Shown here one piece after another: positions 41,903-55,189 of a stretch of 64,000 nt of DNA. A program made the position numbers and the translations under genes. The notes below the pieces were generated by a model. The model made no database searches and had not been told where the DNA came from. It saw nothing but the letters and a program-made list of their open reading frames with translations. This DNA comes from the human T2T-CHM13v2.0 reference genome, Homo sapiens. The first letter of the stretch is position 1, and every line of letters begins with the position of its first letter. The stretch is taken from assembly GCF_009914755.1 (NCBI RefSeq), contig NC_060933.1; one strand, written 5' to 3'.

Positions 41903-42879
41903 AGCTGAGTGGCCCAATTGCAGACAAAATGAGACTCATCTGTGGCCTAGATACGGACTTGGGCTCCCAGTTTACAACCTCTGTCCTATGGGGTCCAATT
42001 AGTTTCATTTAACGTGGAGCTTACTTTGACATTCACATTACTATAAATCCTCTTAGAGAGTGTTTCCTATTTGGAATGGTTCCCCTGGACATAGCCTACA
42101 TCCTCCCAAGCATTCCTATACATTGCTGGGCTGAAAATTGGCAAGTTTCCACCTAGAGGCTATAACCTATAAATATATCTCAAACCTCCATTCCTTTTAC
42201 ACTCTGCTGGTGGATATAATTGAGTTTCTCCCTGTACCAAATGGGCTCTGAGTTCTTAGTACTTGATGTACTTAATAGAGGAAAGTCGGGACGAGTCTGG
42301 AAAAGCAAGGATAACACAGAAACAGAACAGGGATATGCTGGCTGGAAGCATCCTAATGGTTTTATCATCCATTGTTAGAAGAGAAAAGCATAATAGTATA
42401 ACTATCACACCCTCTGCATAATAAATGCCTTATGGCACCCTGGCCAGCACATATACATATGGGTGGCCTTGGAGACATCATGGAGGGTTTAGCCACTGCT
42501 ACCAGTCTATTCTCAAGAGGAAGCAAGTGGGCCTAAGCATGACTGGAGATGATGTTTGGTAGAAAAACCTGCTGTTCCAGAGGCATGATAAGAAGACTTC
42601 CCTAAGGGAGTCCCTTGATACATATTATGTGGTCCCCACTGGTGTGTGGAACCAATCAAGTACCCTGGGAGCTGCCCAGAGCAAAAGTGTGTTTTGGAAT
42701 CCCACAGGGAACTCCACTCTGTGTGTCACCCTCTGTGTGGTTCTGCAGGAAGGACACTAAACTATAGCCTTCCAGTTTGCTTGTTGATTCCTGCATTCTT
42801 TCATTTATTCATTCATTCAATAAATATTAAGTAATTAATCATCATCGCCATCGTCATCATCATCATCACCATAATTGTT

Positions 42880-43110
42880 GTTGTAATTTATTAAGAGTCT
42901 TCCATTTTTCAGGCACTTTGCATTTGCATAGATAATTTCCTTCAATTCTTTTTGCAAGAAACATATTGCTATTCTTCTTTCCTAATAAGGAAACTGAGGC
43001 TTAGCAAGGTCACGTGATATGGACAAAGTTGCATAGCTAAGAAGTGGCAGAGCTGAGGAGTGATACTATGTTGTCTAACTCTCGCTGTGGTTTTCTCACT
43101 ACAAAACACT
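42880..43110 (-). mobile_element. MIR preceded by (ATC)n
   Basis: aataaggaaactgaggcttagcaaggtcacgtgatatggacaaagttgcatagctaagaagtggcagagctg. Confidence 0.75.
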
Positions 43111-43759
43111 GTCTAATAATTGTATAGTACTTTGTTGTGTCTCAGAAAGTAATTATTTAATTCTCATAACTGAGAACAGACTGAATTAGACTTATTTTAC
43201 AGAAGGGAAACTGAGTATCAAACAGGTTAACCAACTTGCCTGAGGCCACCCAGCAATTAAGCTGGTCTCAAGCATAGGTCTTCTCACTGCAAGTACAGAA
43301 TCGTTTAAAATAGGATATAATATTCATGTTTACAATTCCTTCAGTGATAATGACAACCATTAATAATCCTGGAAGTTATTAATTACTGATGCCTCACTAT
43401 GTACCGGAAGCCCTGCTAAGTGTTTTATTGGAATTCACTCACTTAATCCTCATAACTATCCTACAAGGTCAGTGTGACTACTACCATCATAACGTCACTT
43501 GGCTCGAAGAATTAAATGAAGGTTGCCCAAGCTAGGCAGCTAGAAAATAGCAGAGCAGGCATTAATAGCAGGTTTATCTGATCCTTATTTCCAACTAAAA
43601 TTCTTAACCCCGCCACCCCTCCCCATGATGTACAGGGCAGGCCTTGGGAAGGATAATAAAGCACATTCAGACCCAGACACTGTCAGATACTTCAAGGTGG
43701 CTACCCAATATGCATTTCCCTTTCTTCCTTAGTACCAGCCCATGCTTAGTACCTAACCA

Positions 43760-44145
43760 TGATATGGTTAGTTTTTGTGTCCCCACCAAATCATATCTTG
43801 AATTGTAATCCCCCTAATCCCCACATGTCTAGGGAGAGACCTGGTAGGATGTGAATCATGGGGGCAGTGTCCCCCACTCACTATCATGAGCTGTTCTCAT
43901 GATAGTGAGTGAGTTCTCATGAGATATGATGGTTTTATAAGCATCTGACAGTTCCTCCTTCACACACTCATGCTCTCTCTCACCTGCCACCATGTAAGAC
44001 GTGCCTCTTCCACTTTGGCCATGATTGCAAGTTTGCTGATGCCTCCCCAGTCATGCAGAATTGTGAGTCAATTAAAATTCCCTTTTTAAATAAATTACCC
44101 TGTTTTGGGTACTTTGTTATAGCAGTGTGAGAACAGTCTAATACA
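43760..44145 (+). mobile_element. THE1D-like MaLR solo LTR
   Basis: tgatatggtta...ttgaattgtaatccccctaatccccacatgtc...gacagttcctccttcacacac...gtgagaacagtctaataca. Confidence 0.85.
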
Positions 44146-44393
44146 GTACACCTGTAACTAACAACTACATCTCAGTCAGGTGGCTATATTCTGGCCACTG
44201 AGATGTACATATACATACTAGGAGAAAAGCTCCTTAAAGGCAACTGCCTCATCTGGGAGGTGTGCCTTATTATCGATTTATTTTTCTCTCCCTTCCTGTT
44301 GTTTGAGTAGTGAACATGATAACTGATTTTCCTACAATTATCTTAGACCATGTGAGTCTAAGGATGATCCACATGGTCTTATCTTAGAACAGT

Positions 44394-44668
44394 GGGGAAG
44401 GAAGGAAGGAAGGTAGGACAGTGGGGAAGGAAGGAAGGGAGGGAGGGAGGGAGGAGAGGGAGGGAGGGAAGAGAGGGAGGGATGGAGGAAGGAAGTAGGG
44501 AAGGGAGTGAGAGATGGATGGATGGAAGGACGGAAGGAAGGAGAGAAGGAGAAAGGAAGGAGAAAGGGAGGGAAGGAGGGAGTGAGGGAGGGAAGGAGGG
44601 AGGGAGGGAGAGAGGGAAGGAGGGAAGGAGGGATAGAGGGAAGGAGAGAGGGAGGGAGGAAGGAAAGA
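44394..44668 (+). repeat. Polypurine (GGAA/GGGA/GGAG) low-complexity tract
   Basis: ~275 nt almost exclusively G/A. Confidence 0.95.
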
Positions 44669-47600
44669 TGGCTGGCTTAGGTCCTTGAAGACACTGTGAA
44701 GCTGCTATACCATTCCAAGCTCTCCTATCATCAACGTGAGAGAAAAATAAATTTCATTTTGTTTAATGCACGATTATTTTGACTTTTTTCAGTTATATGT
44801 AGGCAGATCTAATGTCAATGAATACAGACCTGCCCTCAAGTAGCTCACAGTCCTGTAGAGAAGATGAATATGCAGCAGACATATCACGATACAAGTAGAA
44901 GGTGGCTAAAGCATTGAACAAAACTAAAAAAAAGAGCTCGATTCATCCTCCGTGGCCTCCACGGTAATGACCCTGACAGCAAAATCCACAGGCCAGGGCA
45001 TGCTCTCTGTGTAATGGCAATGGATAAGCTGTCTGTTCTGAAAGACGAATGCATCCATTTCAATTAGATGTGCCCAGTGCTACGATTGTAACCAATTAAT
45101 CCTGCCCATCTGAAGGCTGATTAGTCGGAATATTTGGGTGAATGGATAATAACAGGCTAATAAGCCTGCTATCCAAATGCTGCCACACGTCTTTTTTGAC
45201 ACAATATTGTGGATGCATTTGCAGCATCTGTGACTAATCTTCAAGTGGCGGGAGGCCCAGTTTGCAAAGCGGCACAGGGACAGGGCTCAGGGCTGCTGGA
45301 GTCTCAGCAGACAGAGCCTACTCCATCTAGTCCTCAATTGTGTGTTTGGATCCAGGCACCCAGACTCTTCCTCTAATGACATCCTTCTGCTTCCTGAAAG
45401 GTGGAGACCCACATTGCAGGCACGGAGGCTGGGTGCAGGGCCAGGAGGCAGAAGGTCTCAGTTTCAGGTTTCAGGCACACCCTGAATGCACTGGGTGATT
45501 CAATCATGTCTCTTTCCCTCTATAGTTTTTTAATTTCCTCATTTGTACTACTCACCATAATCCCGAAACAGTCTTACTTCTGCCCCCTGGTATCTGCACA
45601 CCATCTCCTTGCCTAGTACATTCTTTCCCACTACTCTTTGCCTAGCTAATTCCTTCCCATTCTTTAGGTCTCTGCTCTTTAGGTCCTATTCTTTAGGTCT
45701 CTGCTGCCTTCTGGAAACCTTCTCCAGCCACTCTTTGCCTAGGTCTCTGGGCTACATAGAATCCTGTGTTTCATGTATTTTAATGAATATTGCATGAGTA
45801 TTTACTAGTCCACTTCCCCCATTCAACTCCAAGCTTCATGATGACAAAGACCACGTCTACTTGCTTACAACTATGTCCCTGATGCGTGGCATAGTGCATG
45901 GCACAGACAAGACAAAATAACATGTTTTCTAAAGCCTTGTTCTCCCCATTTCACTGAACTAAGAGGCAAAAGGAATCTGGAATTGAAAACAAAAAAAAAA
46001 AGCCTTGCAAACCTCTAAATTGATACACAAATGTGAGGAATTAGGAGTAATGAAAAAGTCCTTGAAGGTACAGAAAGAAGCAATTCAATTCTTGCAAGAG
46101 ATTCACACTTGCTCAATGTGTCACCAATAATTACTCTAGCTTTTCCTTCCCTCATTTGTTGTAATTAAGACATAGTGTTTTCATTAGGGGAGAAACCAAG
46201 GCCTAGAGCAACAGAAATTATGCACAGTGCAAATCCTGGCACCATGGCAAACTAGTTGTGTGGATGAGGAGAAGCCATGCAACTCCGCTGAGTCTCAGTG
46301 TCCTCTCTGTACAATGGAATGAAAATCTCCACTGCAGAGCTCATAGGTGGCTGTGAGAATCAAACAGTTAATGTGTATAAAATGACTTGTAATTTGTAAA
46401 ATGCTGTAAAATTGTCCATTCAATAACTTCCTGCTGGCATCTCTCCCAAAAAGACAGTGGAACTCGGATTTCCCATCCCTAAATTCTGGGGAAGAGGACA
46501 GAGGTTAAAGGAGAGTATGGGGTGTCTGATGCATTTCTTCACTTAATTCACTAAATATTTACTGAGCATCTAGGGGGTACAAGGTGCTGTGCCAGAAAAT
46601 AGGAAACAAGAGGTAAATAAAGTGTGCCCTTATTTCAAAGTCCTTCTAGTCTGGAGGTTAGGGGGTGAAATGGGCAAGCAGGTGAACCAGTAATCACCAA
46701 AGGACAGGGTGTATCTGCAAAACTATGAGCTCCTAGAATGGAGGGATGGTGGATACCAGCCCTGGGGTGATTATTCAGACCTGACCCAGAAGCAACATCT
46801 GGAATAGTTGAAGGTCCATGGATTCTATCTTGTGAGGGATTTTGAACAGAAAAGCAACTAGTTTCAATTTACCAGTTGAAAAAAGATTCTGGAGGCAGGC
46901 AAGGAGCCAAAAGCACTGAGGAGGGAGATCACGGCAGGCAGCTAAGTGGAGTCTATCCAGAATTTTGTAGAGAAGAATGGAAAAAGAAAAATCATAACAG
47001 AACAAGAGAGAAAAGTAAGAGGGACTCAGGAAAGAATATTAATTGAAAGTGTGAGGAAAGAATGTCTAATAAGAAACTTGTAAAGATAAAGACAAAAGAA
47101 GCCAGGATTAGCGGCTTGCCTCCTTAACTTAGGGTCTTTTGAGGCTATCTGCTGCCAATACCATTTGTCACCCAGGCTGCCCTCCTGGCAGTAGAACAGA
47201 AACCTGTCTAAAGCAGCCCCATCATTGATGAAGTCCCCAGGAATGGGAGACAGCTCAGACATGGATTCTGATTCTGGGAGTGGTGTGTCCCCACTGAGTA
47301 GCCTCTCTCATCTGCAGTTCCTTCATTTGTAATAAGAGGGCAGCAACACCCACTTCACAGGAGCAAGAGTCTTGAGTATGGGATGATTTGTCCCAAATAC
47401 AGTCCTCGAATAAAACTTAGTTTCTGCTGTATTGAGAATAAAATTAAAAACAAAAACAAAAACAAAAACTGTCATCCAGCACCAGCAGCTCCTTCCTCAC
47501 AGTGGAGGCTGCAATGTGGTGACAGGCCCGCAGCCCACACCTCTAAGAGGTTCATCCTGAGATCTGGCTCTGCTTCCCTTCTGGAAAGAAACAAAATGCT

Positions 47601-49313
47601 TCATTTCTGAAGATGGAGGAGAGGGAGAAGGCTGTGTCAGCTCCTTTTCCTAGAGGTGCTGGGCACCTGGCACATGGCACTGGGGTGCAGCAGGTGCTTG
47701 CAAGACATGACTCATATATGTGCCTGTTAGTAGTGACAATCCCTTTATTGGTATGAAGCATGGCTCATGAAGCCCTTTAACACGCTGTGTCTCATTAGTA
47801 CCTCTCAGCGACCCCTGCACAGTGATCTTTTTATTCTTAGCCTCCAACAGACAATGAAAATGAGGCCCAGAGGTAATCAGGTGTATTCACAGACACTATG
47901 GTGTGAAAGTCTATTTACCGAACACTGTCATGTGTCAGTCAACGCCCCAGCCTCTGGCAGAAGAATGAGATATAGTCTCTGATCTCAAAACATTTCCCAT
48001 CCTGTAGAGCTATAGACAGGAGGAAGGGTACCTTGTCTACATCAAGTGAAGTGTTATGGTGGAAGGAAGCTTCGAATGGTGAGTACACACTTAGGATGCT
48101 TATGAAATTCAAATAGCAAGGACAAAGACCATAGTGGATTCTTGGAGAAGCTGAAATGTGAGTTGAGTCAACAGTAGCTACTTGCTTAAGTGGAATCGAA
48201 TAAAAAGAGGAGTGACAGCTCCAGTTAGAGGAAATAGAATGAGGAAAGACCTTCCAGTGAAAACATCATGAAGTATCTTCCATGCTACGCAAAGTTCACA
48301 ATGTCTAGTGCATACAATATAAGGCTGGGAGTGGCAGAATTGCATTGTTTGGATCCTAGAGAGACTTACAAGTGAGGCCATGGAGTTAGGTCAATCCTTA
48401 AGGGAATGGAAACCATGGTAACTTTCCAAATGTGTGCTCAGTGACTAGGCTGGAACCGCAATACTGTTGGACAATGACAAGACAGGTCTATGTCAGTGGC
48501 ACCTTTCTAGAGACAGAAGCAAAGTCTGTAGTTTCTGCACAGTTTGTGCTATCATGTGTTTGATCAAAAAGCAGAAGGGTGGCATATAGTGCAAACCCCA
48601 AACACCCCATCTGGAAAAGGTAAAGGACATGTAGGAGATGGTGCCAATCATCTACTTTTAAATACAAGGTCAGAAACTCTCATGCCCTTTGTGCAACACC
48701 CAGTGTTGTGTTTCTCAGACTTCATCAAGGCTGGATGGACTATCGGGCTGCCTCACTGCTGATGATGAGGTTCGGGGCAAGTCTCTTCACTCTCCAGGCC
48801 TCAATTTCCACATATGTACAATGGGATGATTGAGCCAGTGGCTCTTTGTGCTCGCTTCTACCTTTGGCATGTGACAAGTCTTGCTTTCTAATAAATTTTT
48901 CAGTGAGTATTTAAAACACCTGTTCTCCTGAGCAACTCCTGTAAGTCACATTTGCAAGGGAAGGAAAGAACATAGCTGTGGCTTGATAACCCATAACTGC
49001 TGAAGTCGTATGAAGTTCTTCAAGTAGCTACTTGGAGAGAAGAAGAAAGAAAAACAAGGCAATAAACCCTAATGGAAAAGAAGGAAAAGAAAAGGATCCA
49101 TGGGAAATCTGTTCTCCCCAGTCTTAAATCTCAAAGTCACGGTGAATGCTGGCAGCATCTCTCTGTCCTTTCTGTTTAATCTCACATCTTCCTCCCTGCA
49201 ACCTGTCCTCTTTCCTTCCTCAATTGAGTACTTAAAAGTGAAGGCTTTATTTTCACTCTGATTCTCCTTTCACAGATTGTGCAAACTGGAAAACCATTTA
49301 AGATCATTTTGCC

Positions 49314-49532
49314 CAGAGGTTTTCAAACTTTATTTTGTAGCAGAACCCTTTGTTCAAATGAAATTTTACACTCAAAGGCCAACATATAAAATTTATAAAA
49401 GGAAAGTTCCTCTAAGCATGACGATCAAAGGCCATGCATGTGGTTCCTCTCTTCACCCACCACCTTCCCCCTGGTCTTGAGGCACCCCCACAGATCCCTC
49501 AGGTCCCAAGGAGCATGACATGAAAACCACTG
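49314..49532 (-). mobile_element. MER103C-like hAT-Charlie
   Basis: cagaggttttcaaac...gcagaaccctttgttcaaatgaaatttt...tgaggcacc...tgaaaaccactg terminal inverted repeats. Confidence 0.65.
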
Positions 49533-50394
49533 ACATTGTCTTTTTTTTTTTTAACTTTAAAGATGGAGAGGCTGAAATCCAGATTTAAGAGGGCACTTAT
49601 TCAAGCCGTATTACTGGAAGTCAACAGAGTTGGAGCCAGAATTCAGGTCTCTGGGGTCCCAGGGTAACACCTATGCCCTTATTCTGTTGCCTTCTTTGTC
49701 CCAATCTGTTGAGACCTCAGTCTCAAGGGCCTTCTAAGTGGCATTCTCCCCAGAAAATGTCACCGCCTACTCATCTCCTCTCTCCCTTTCTTTAGAAACT
49801 CACTAACCGCCCACTCTGAGTGCTAGTTCTGCTGTTTGGAAGCACATGTATCAGCTTCACCTGATGTGGCAGACATATTCTCTAAGCCTGGGGCTTTTCC
49901 ATTGCCCACTGCCCCCGCAGGGACTTCTTAATCCAGGTGGAATCAGAAGGCTTCTTATGAATTTCATTTCATTTCAACACACACACCCACACACCCACAC
50001 CCATAGTCTTTAGTGATGCAGACATAGGAACTGGCAGAACCAGCAATGAATGTGCTAGGCATCAGAAGACTGGGTTTGAGTGCTGGTCCAATTCTTTTCA
50101 ACCTCTTTGATCCTGTTAGACACATTTCTTTGCCCATTGAGGCCCCTGCCCTCCTACTTCACAAGTTAGTGTTGAAGATCAAATAAGATAATGAAGACAG
50201 AAGGACTGATAACCTATAAAGTAGTTTATACATGTAAGGAATGATTTTCTTTGGTAAATTTCTCATCATTTCCCTTGGGCAGGATAATTTTTATCAGTTA
50301 ATCCCTAAAACCTATTTCCAATTATCTGTTAATTTATTAATGGATAGTTTTAGAAAAATATTTTTCTAACCATTATTTGATCTTGCCTTCTACC

Positions 50395-51720
50395 AAAACC
50401 ATTCATTTATTAATTCATTAATTCCATAAACACCAATGAAGCACCTACTATTAGGTTGGTACAAAAGTAATCATGGCTTTTGCCATGACTTTAATGGCAA
50501 AAAACAGCAATTACTTTTGCACCAACCTAATATTTGCCAAAACACTGGCTCCATTGGTCTCATAAAGTCCAAGGTCTCATGAGAAACACAGATACTGTCA
50601 TTCCTGTGGACAGTGCTTCAAATGGGGAAACACAGACTGAGAGAAGCATATGGGAGTGTGTACTCTAGCCTGGGGTGAAAGGTCCCCAAGGGCTTCTAGG
50701 AGGAAGTAATATCTCTGCTAATATCTGAAGGTTGAGTTGGAGTGATCTGATGAAGTGGGTGAGGATAAGACAGGAAAACCCTGAGTCACCCAGAAGAAGG
50801 GAAGAGCAGGTGGAACAAGGCTGCAAGTAGTTCAGAAGGGCTGAAGCAGGGAGGGCGTGGCCACAGGTGAGGCTGAATCAAGAACAAGAAGGAGTGGGAG
50901 CGCAAATGGTTCTATGAGTGAAGCTGAGGAGTCAGCACTATGACAGCATCCTCGCTTTGCAGAGGAGAAGCTGAGAACCACAGAGATGAAGTTACTTGCT
51001 CAAGGTCACAAATGGAAAGCAACAGAGATGGAAGGTCAATCCTCAGCTCTGTCCCTCTGCCTGGAGCCCTCTACTCAGATACCTCTGTGGCTTGTTCACT
51101 TCCTTATACCATTCATAACTTCAAACAAATGCTATTTTTTTTTTTTAGGTAATGCTTTGTGCGACACCCTTTAAAAAAATAGAACCACCTGTCATTCTCT
51201 ATCCCATTACCCTACTTCATTTTTGTCTCATGATACTTATTATAAATATGGTAATTTAATATAATATAAATTTATCTATTTGTGCTTTGTCCTCTTCTTT
51301 GAAAAAAACATAAGCTTCATGAGGACAGGAATTTCATTCTATTCATGTTGTCTACCTGGTGATTATAACAGCACTGAGCACATGGCAGGAACTCAATAAA
51401 CACTAAATGAATATGTACCTGAATAAATGAATTTCAACCTATCTAAAGCCCTTGCTATGATACTCAAGTTATATTTCTATGAGTGATGGGGAGTTTCTAA
51501 TCTTTTAGCTGCTATTAGCAGGAGAATAACATGATAGAATCTGGCTTTAGAAAGTTCACACTGGTAGCATTGTGAATGATGAATCAGAGAGAGGCAAACC
51601 TGGAGGCCAGGACAGTGAAAGGCATCAGTACTAATTCTTGCCAGGGAAGATGATAGTGTAAGATTGTCTACACTAGGTAGTCATAAGAGGGATGGAGAAG
51701 AGAGTCTTCTAAAAAGCCTG
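50395..51720 (-). mobile_element. Fragmented L2 remnant(s) with nested MIR and opposite-strand L2 pieces
   Basis: cattcatt...gcacctacta...gggcttctaggaggaagtaa...ttagcaggagaataacatgatagaatctggctttagaaagttcacactgg...ggaggccagg. Confidence 0.55.
50451..50530. mobile_element. MADE1 MITE with TA TSD, inserted in L2 3' end
   Basis: ta|ttaggttggtacaaaagtaat...aattacttttgcaccaacctaa|ta; host gcacctacta|tttgcca. Confidence 0.92.
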
Positions 51721-53869
51721 AAGCCTCAGGCAGACTATCAGCACAGGAATTGGGAGCTCACTAAGAGAAGAGGTCATAAAAGGAAAAACACATCTCCAAG
51801 GAGGCAAAACTGTTCTCATTTCTGAATATTATGCACAAAAGTGGCTAGAATAGTCTGTCAAATTAAATTCCTTCAGAACAACCTCTGATAAAATTATATT
51901 CTCTATAGGTTGGAGAAGAGGTGTCTTTGGAAGACGATAAAGGAGATTTTTGCATTGCCTAATAATGATGGGGATGAATGTCTTAATCAAATGGAGATCA
52001 AGGCCAGGCTCATTTGATAAAGAGGCCAGTTTCTCTGAGAAGATAGAGCCTGAGCACCAAGGGACAGTAGGATGCCCCCGAAAGTGAATTCTTCCTCCTT
52101 GCTTTGTGCATATGCATGCTTATCTGTGGCCAGAACTCTGGAGGCAAAACTAAAAGGTGGTGGTTTCTGTTCTGACAAAGCCTGGACAGAAACTAAGAAG
52201 ATGCTGCAAGTAACTAATTTGATTGCATCCATTCATTTCCCTCGTTCATTCATTTAATCAACCAGTCCACCAGGGGGTCTTCAGCTAATACTTGCTGATA
52301 TTCTCAAAGTGCCAGACACGCACTACCACCAAGGACAGAGCAAGAAACAGGACAGATCCAGGCTCTGTCCACATGGTGCTAATGGCCCAGTGTCTCCCAA
52401 CTATGTTCTTTGCACAAGGTCATTAAATTAAAAAAACAAATCGTTATGTTGTTAGAGTGTTTTATATTTGCCAGGGACTAGATATGTCTTGTACTATTTA
52501 ATCAGCAATTCTATGAGGCAGTTATCATCACCCTCATTTGTCAAATAAAGAAGCTGAAGCTCAGTGAGGTTTAGGAATTTGCAGAATGATGCAGCCTGAG
52601 ATGTGGGAACATGTATTTAAACCCACGTCAAGATTTTGCCAAAGCCCTTTTTCCATTCTCTGCAGCCTCTTACCTTTGCAGAAATTGGGCTCCAAAGTCA
52701 GATAACCTTGGAGTGAATCCTGGCTTCACAAGAATGTGCACTTCAGATGGTGCCTGGCTCTCAGTAAGTGCTATACTATGTTATATGTTGTTGTTGTTGC
52801 TGTTATTACTAATTAGGCAAGCTCTTCATCTCAGAGTCATAGCATCCTCTGTGAAATGGGACCACTAATGCATTATGGAATTTTGATGAGAATTATGAAG
52901 ATTTAAATAGATGATGTAGATTGTGTCCATTTTCCTGTCTGATATATTGGGCAGTCATTGGTGGCAAGGTCAGAGCCCCTGGTCATACCATGACTGAGAG
53001 GCATGACTGCATCTCTGGAGGCCTGGTCCCAGGAGAGATCCCTTGATAAGGCTTTTCTTCCTCTCCACACCTGGGTCCATTTGTTCAAAGGGGCTACAGT
53101 GATCTCCCAGATCTGTTCTTATATCTCTTGTTTCTCTTCAGCATGGGGAGTAAAGCAGAGGAGCAAAGGAGGTGCTGGGTCATGAGGCCAAGAATAGCAA
53201 TGCCCTCTGGAATGCCCTGAGGCAAACAGAGCTCCAGGCTAGGGACCAATCCCAGAGACATTTCCTTGGCCACCACCAAGGCTGTCTTCCTCCTACTGGA
53301 AAGCTTCCCCAAGATAAAAAACGAGCTGGTATGGCAGGAATCCAGCAACTCTAGTGGAGCTGGACATTGTGACAAAAGCAAGGGAGGGACATCCATTTAG
53401 TGAGGACCTTCTGTGCCGGGCCTTTGCCTCCTTCTTTGCCTGTCCCCACCATTCTTATTCTCATCACATCTCTAAAACAAGCAGGGATTACCTGCTCCAT
53501 TTAAGAACAAGGAAATGGAAGCCAGAGAATTACAGCAGTTGCCGGCAGTCGCTGTCCCTCTGACCAGGCAATATCTGATGGTGTCAAAGCATCCATGAAA
53601 CAGGAGCTGGGGCAGAATTGTGGGGAGGATGGGCCTACGATAACCTCTTGTCCTAGAATGAAGCTGAGGTCAGCCTCAGGACTACTGGCCTCGGAAATGC
53701 AGTAGCCTGAGCAGCTCCTATGCCTTATTTCTTCCACCCCATTTTGGCCACACACCCAGAGGTTCTTATCTGCATGAAGTGCCAGCACCAGGAAGCCTTT
53801 CTGAGTCTGAACGCTCACAGGCCTGCCTACCTCCCCAGCCCTGAACAGCATCCCGACAGGCTGGGAGAG

Positions 53870-54095
53870 CTTGGAACTCTGGAGTCTGGCAGGGGAGGTG
53901 AAGGTGAAGGTTCCAATGCCAGCTTTGCTTTTACTGAGATTTACTTCCTTGGGCAAATGACTCCAACTATGCGAGCCTCAGATTTTTCCATCTGTCAAAT
54001 GGGGCCAATAATAGGTACCATAGAATGATGGTATGAGAAATAAATGATAAGATGTATTGAAGCACATGGTGAGCATTCACTAAATGATGGTCATA
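53870..54095 (+). mobile_element. MIR
   Basis: ctctggagtc...ccttgggcaaatgact...gagcctcagatttttccatctgtcaaatgggg. Confidence 0.75.
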
Positions 54096-54456
54096 GAGTC
54101 AAAATGATAAAGGCTATCATTTATTGAGGATTTACTACCTGCCAGACCCAGTTCTAAATGTTTGTGTAGTGATTAATATCCTTAAGTAGCATTTATCATT
54201 ATTATTGATACATTTTCTTAAATTCAACATACGTTTCATCTACCACACTTCTGTAAAGACTACTACAACCCAACCCAGGGTTTCCTTGGCAATTTGATTT
54301 GACCAACAGCTCCTGAGCACCTCTGAAGGGTGAGACCCAGGGTTAGACAATGGTGAGACACAAATGGGGATCGTTTATGGTTTCTGCTGTGGGTAGGAAG
54401 CTTAGTGTCAACTTAAGCAATAAAACAGGGGCACAGTTGACTACCATAACATAAAG

Positions 54457-54816
54457 CAGTGGCATTTAAATTATGTCCCATTGGGGCCCACAATAATAAA
54501 TACAGACAGTTGTATATATGTGTATATATGTATGTAATTAACTAAAATTTTTTCACATCAAAAAATACTAGATGTGAGTCAAGGTGTTCCATTCTGGTTT
54601 ATTCTATTTTGGTACATTCTGTTCCATTCCACTTTATTCCATATCACTGTCTATTCTGTTCGATTACACATTTTATTCTATTCAGTCCTTTCTGTTCCTT
54701 TCCATTCCATTCTATTTTTTATGCCCTCTTCTATTTTTCTTAAAAAGGCTTGCTGTGAGCCAGTAAATATTTCAGGACTTATTAAATTGTTTCAACCCAT
54801 CTTTCAAAAAGTACTG
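54457..54816 (+). mobile_element. MER113/Charlie-type hAT remnant with expanded (TTCTA/TTCCA)n
   Basis: cagtggc...cccacaataataaatac...pentamer tract 54586-54735...aaaaagtactg; a related copy lies at ~56870-57110. Confidence 0.5.
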
Positions 54817-55189
54817 ATATAAAGAAGCTGTTTTCCAGTTAGTTGCAGCGAAGAACATCTAAATTAAATCCTACCTAATCCTAGTATATGAAACACAAAT
54901 AATCACAGTTCTTCTGGCTGAAGAGGTGTTGGGGGTCCAGAACCAACTGTTTGGTGACTTATTCCATTCTGGGCATCCAGAAATCAGTGAGGACTATTTA
55001 GAGTTGACATTAATTATAAACAGCCCCCTCTGGACTTCCAGAGAGAGTGCTTCAGAGAAAGGATGGAAGGGAGATCATTTAAATTTGTAATGCATTCTGT
55101 ATATTTATCGGATGCCTACTGTATGTCAGGTCTTGAACTAGGGCTGAGATACGGCAGCAAACAAGATGCATTTCACCCTCATTAAGGGG

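Larger units (their letters stand above)
43681..44825 (+). mobile_element. MLT1J-like old MaLR LTR interrupted by THE1D and a purine tract
   Basis: cccaatatgcatttccctttcttccttagta...ttctggccactgagatgta...cttagaccatg...gagagaaaaataaatttcattttgtttaa...gaataca. Confidence 0.6.

Noticed and set aside
44392-44688. G/R/E-rich 98-aa ORF
   Set aside because: Translation of a polypurine simple repeat.
53501-53956. 151-aa minus-strand ORF
   Set aside because: Starts in a MIR; no homology or exon-like signals recognised.
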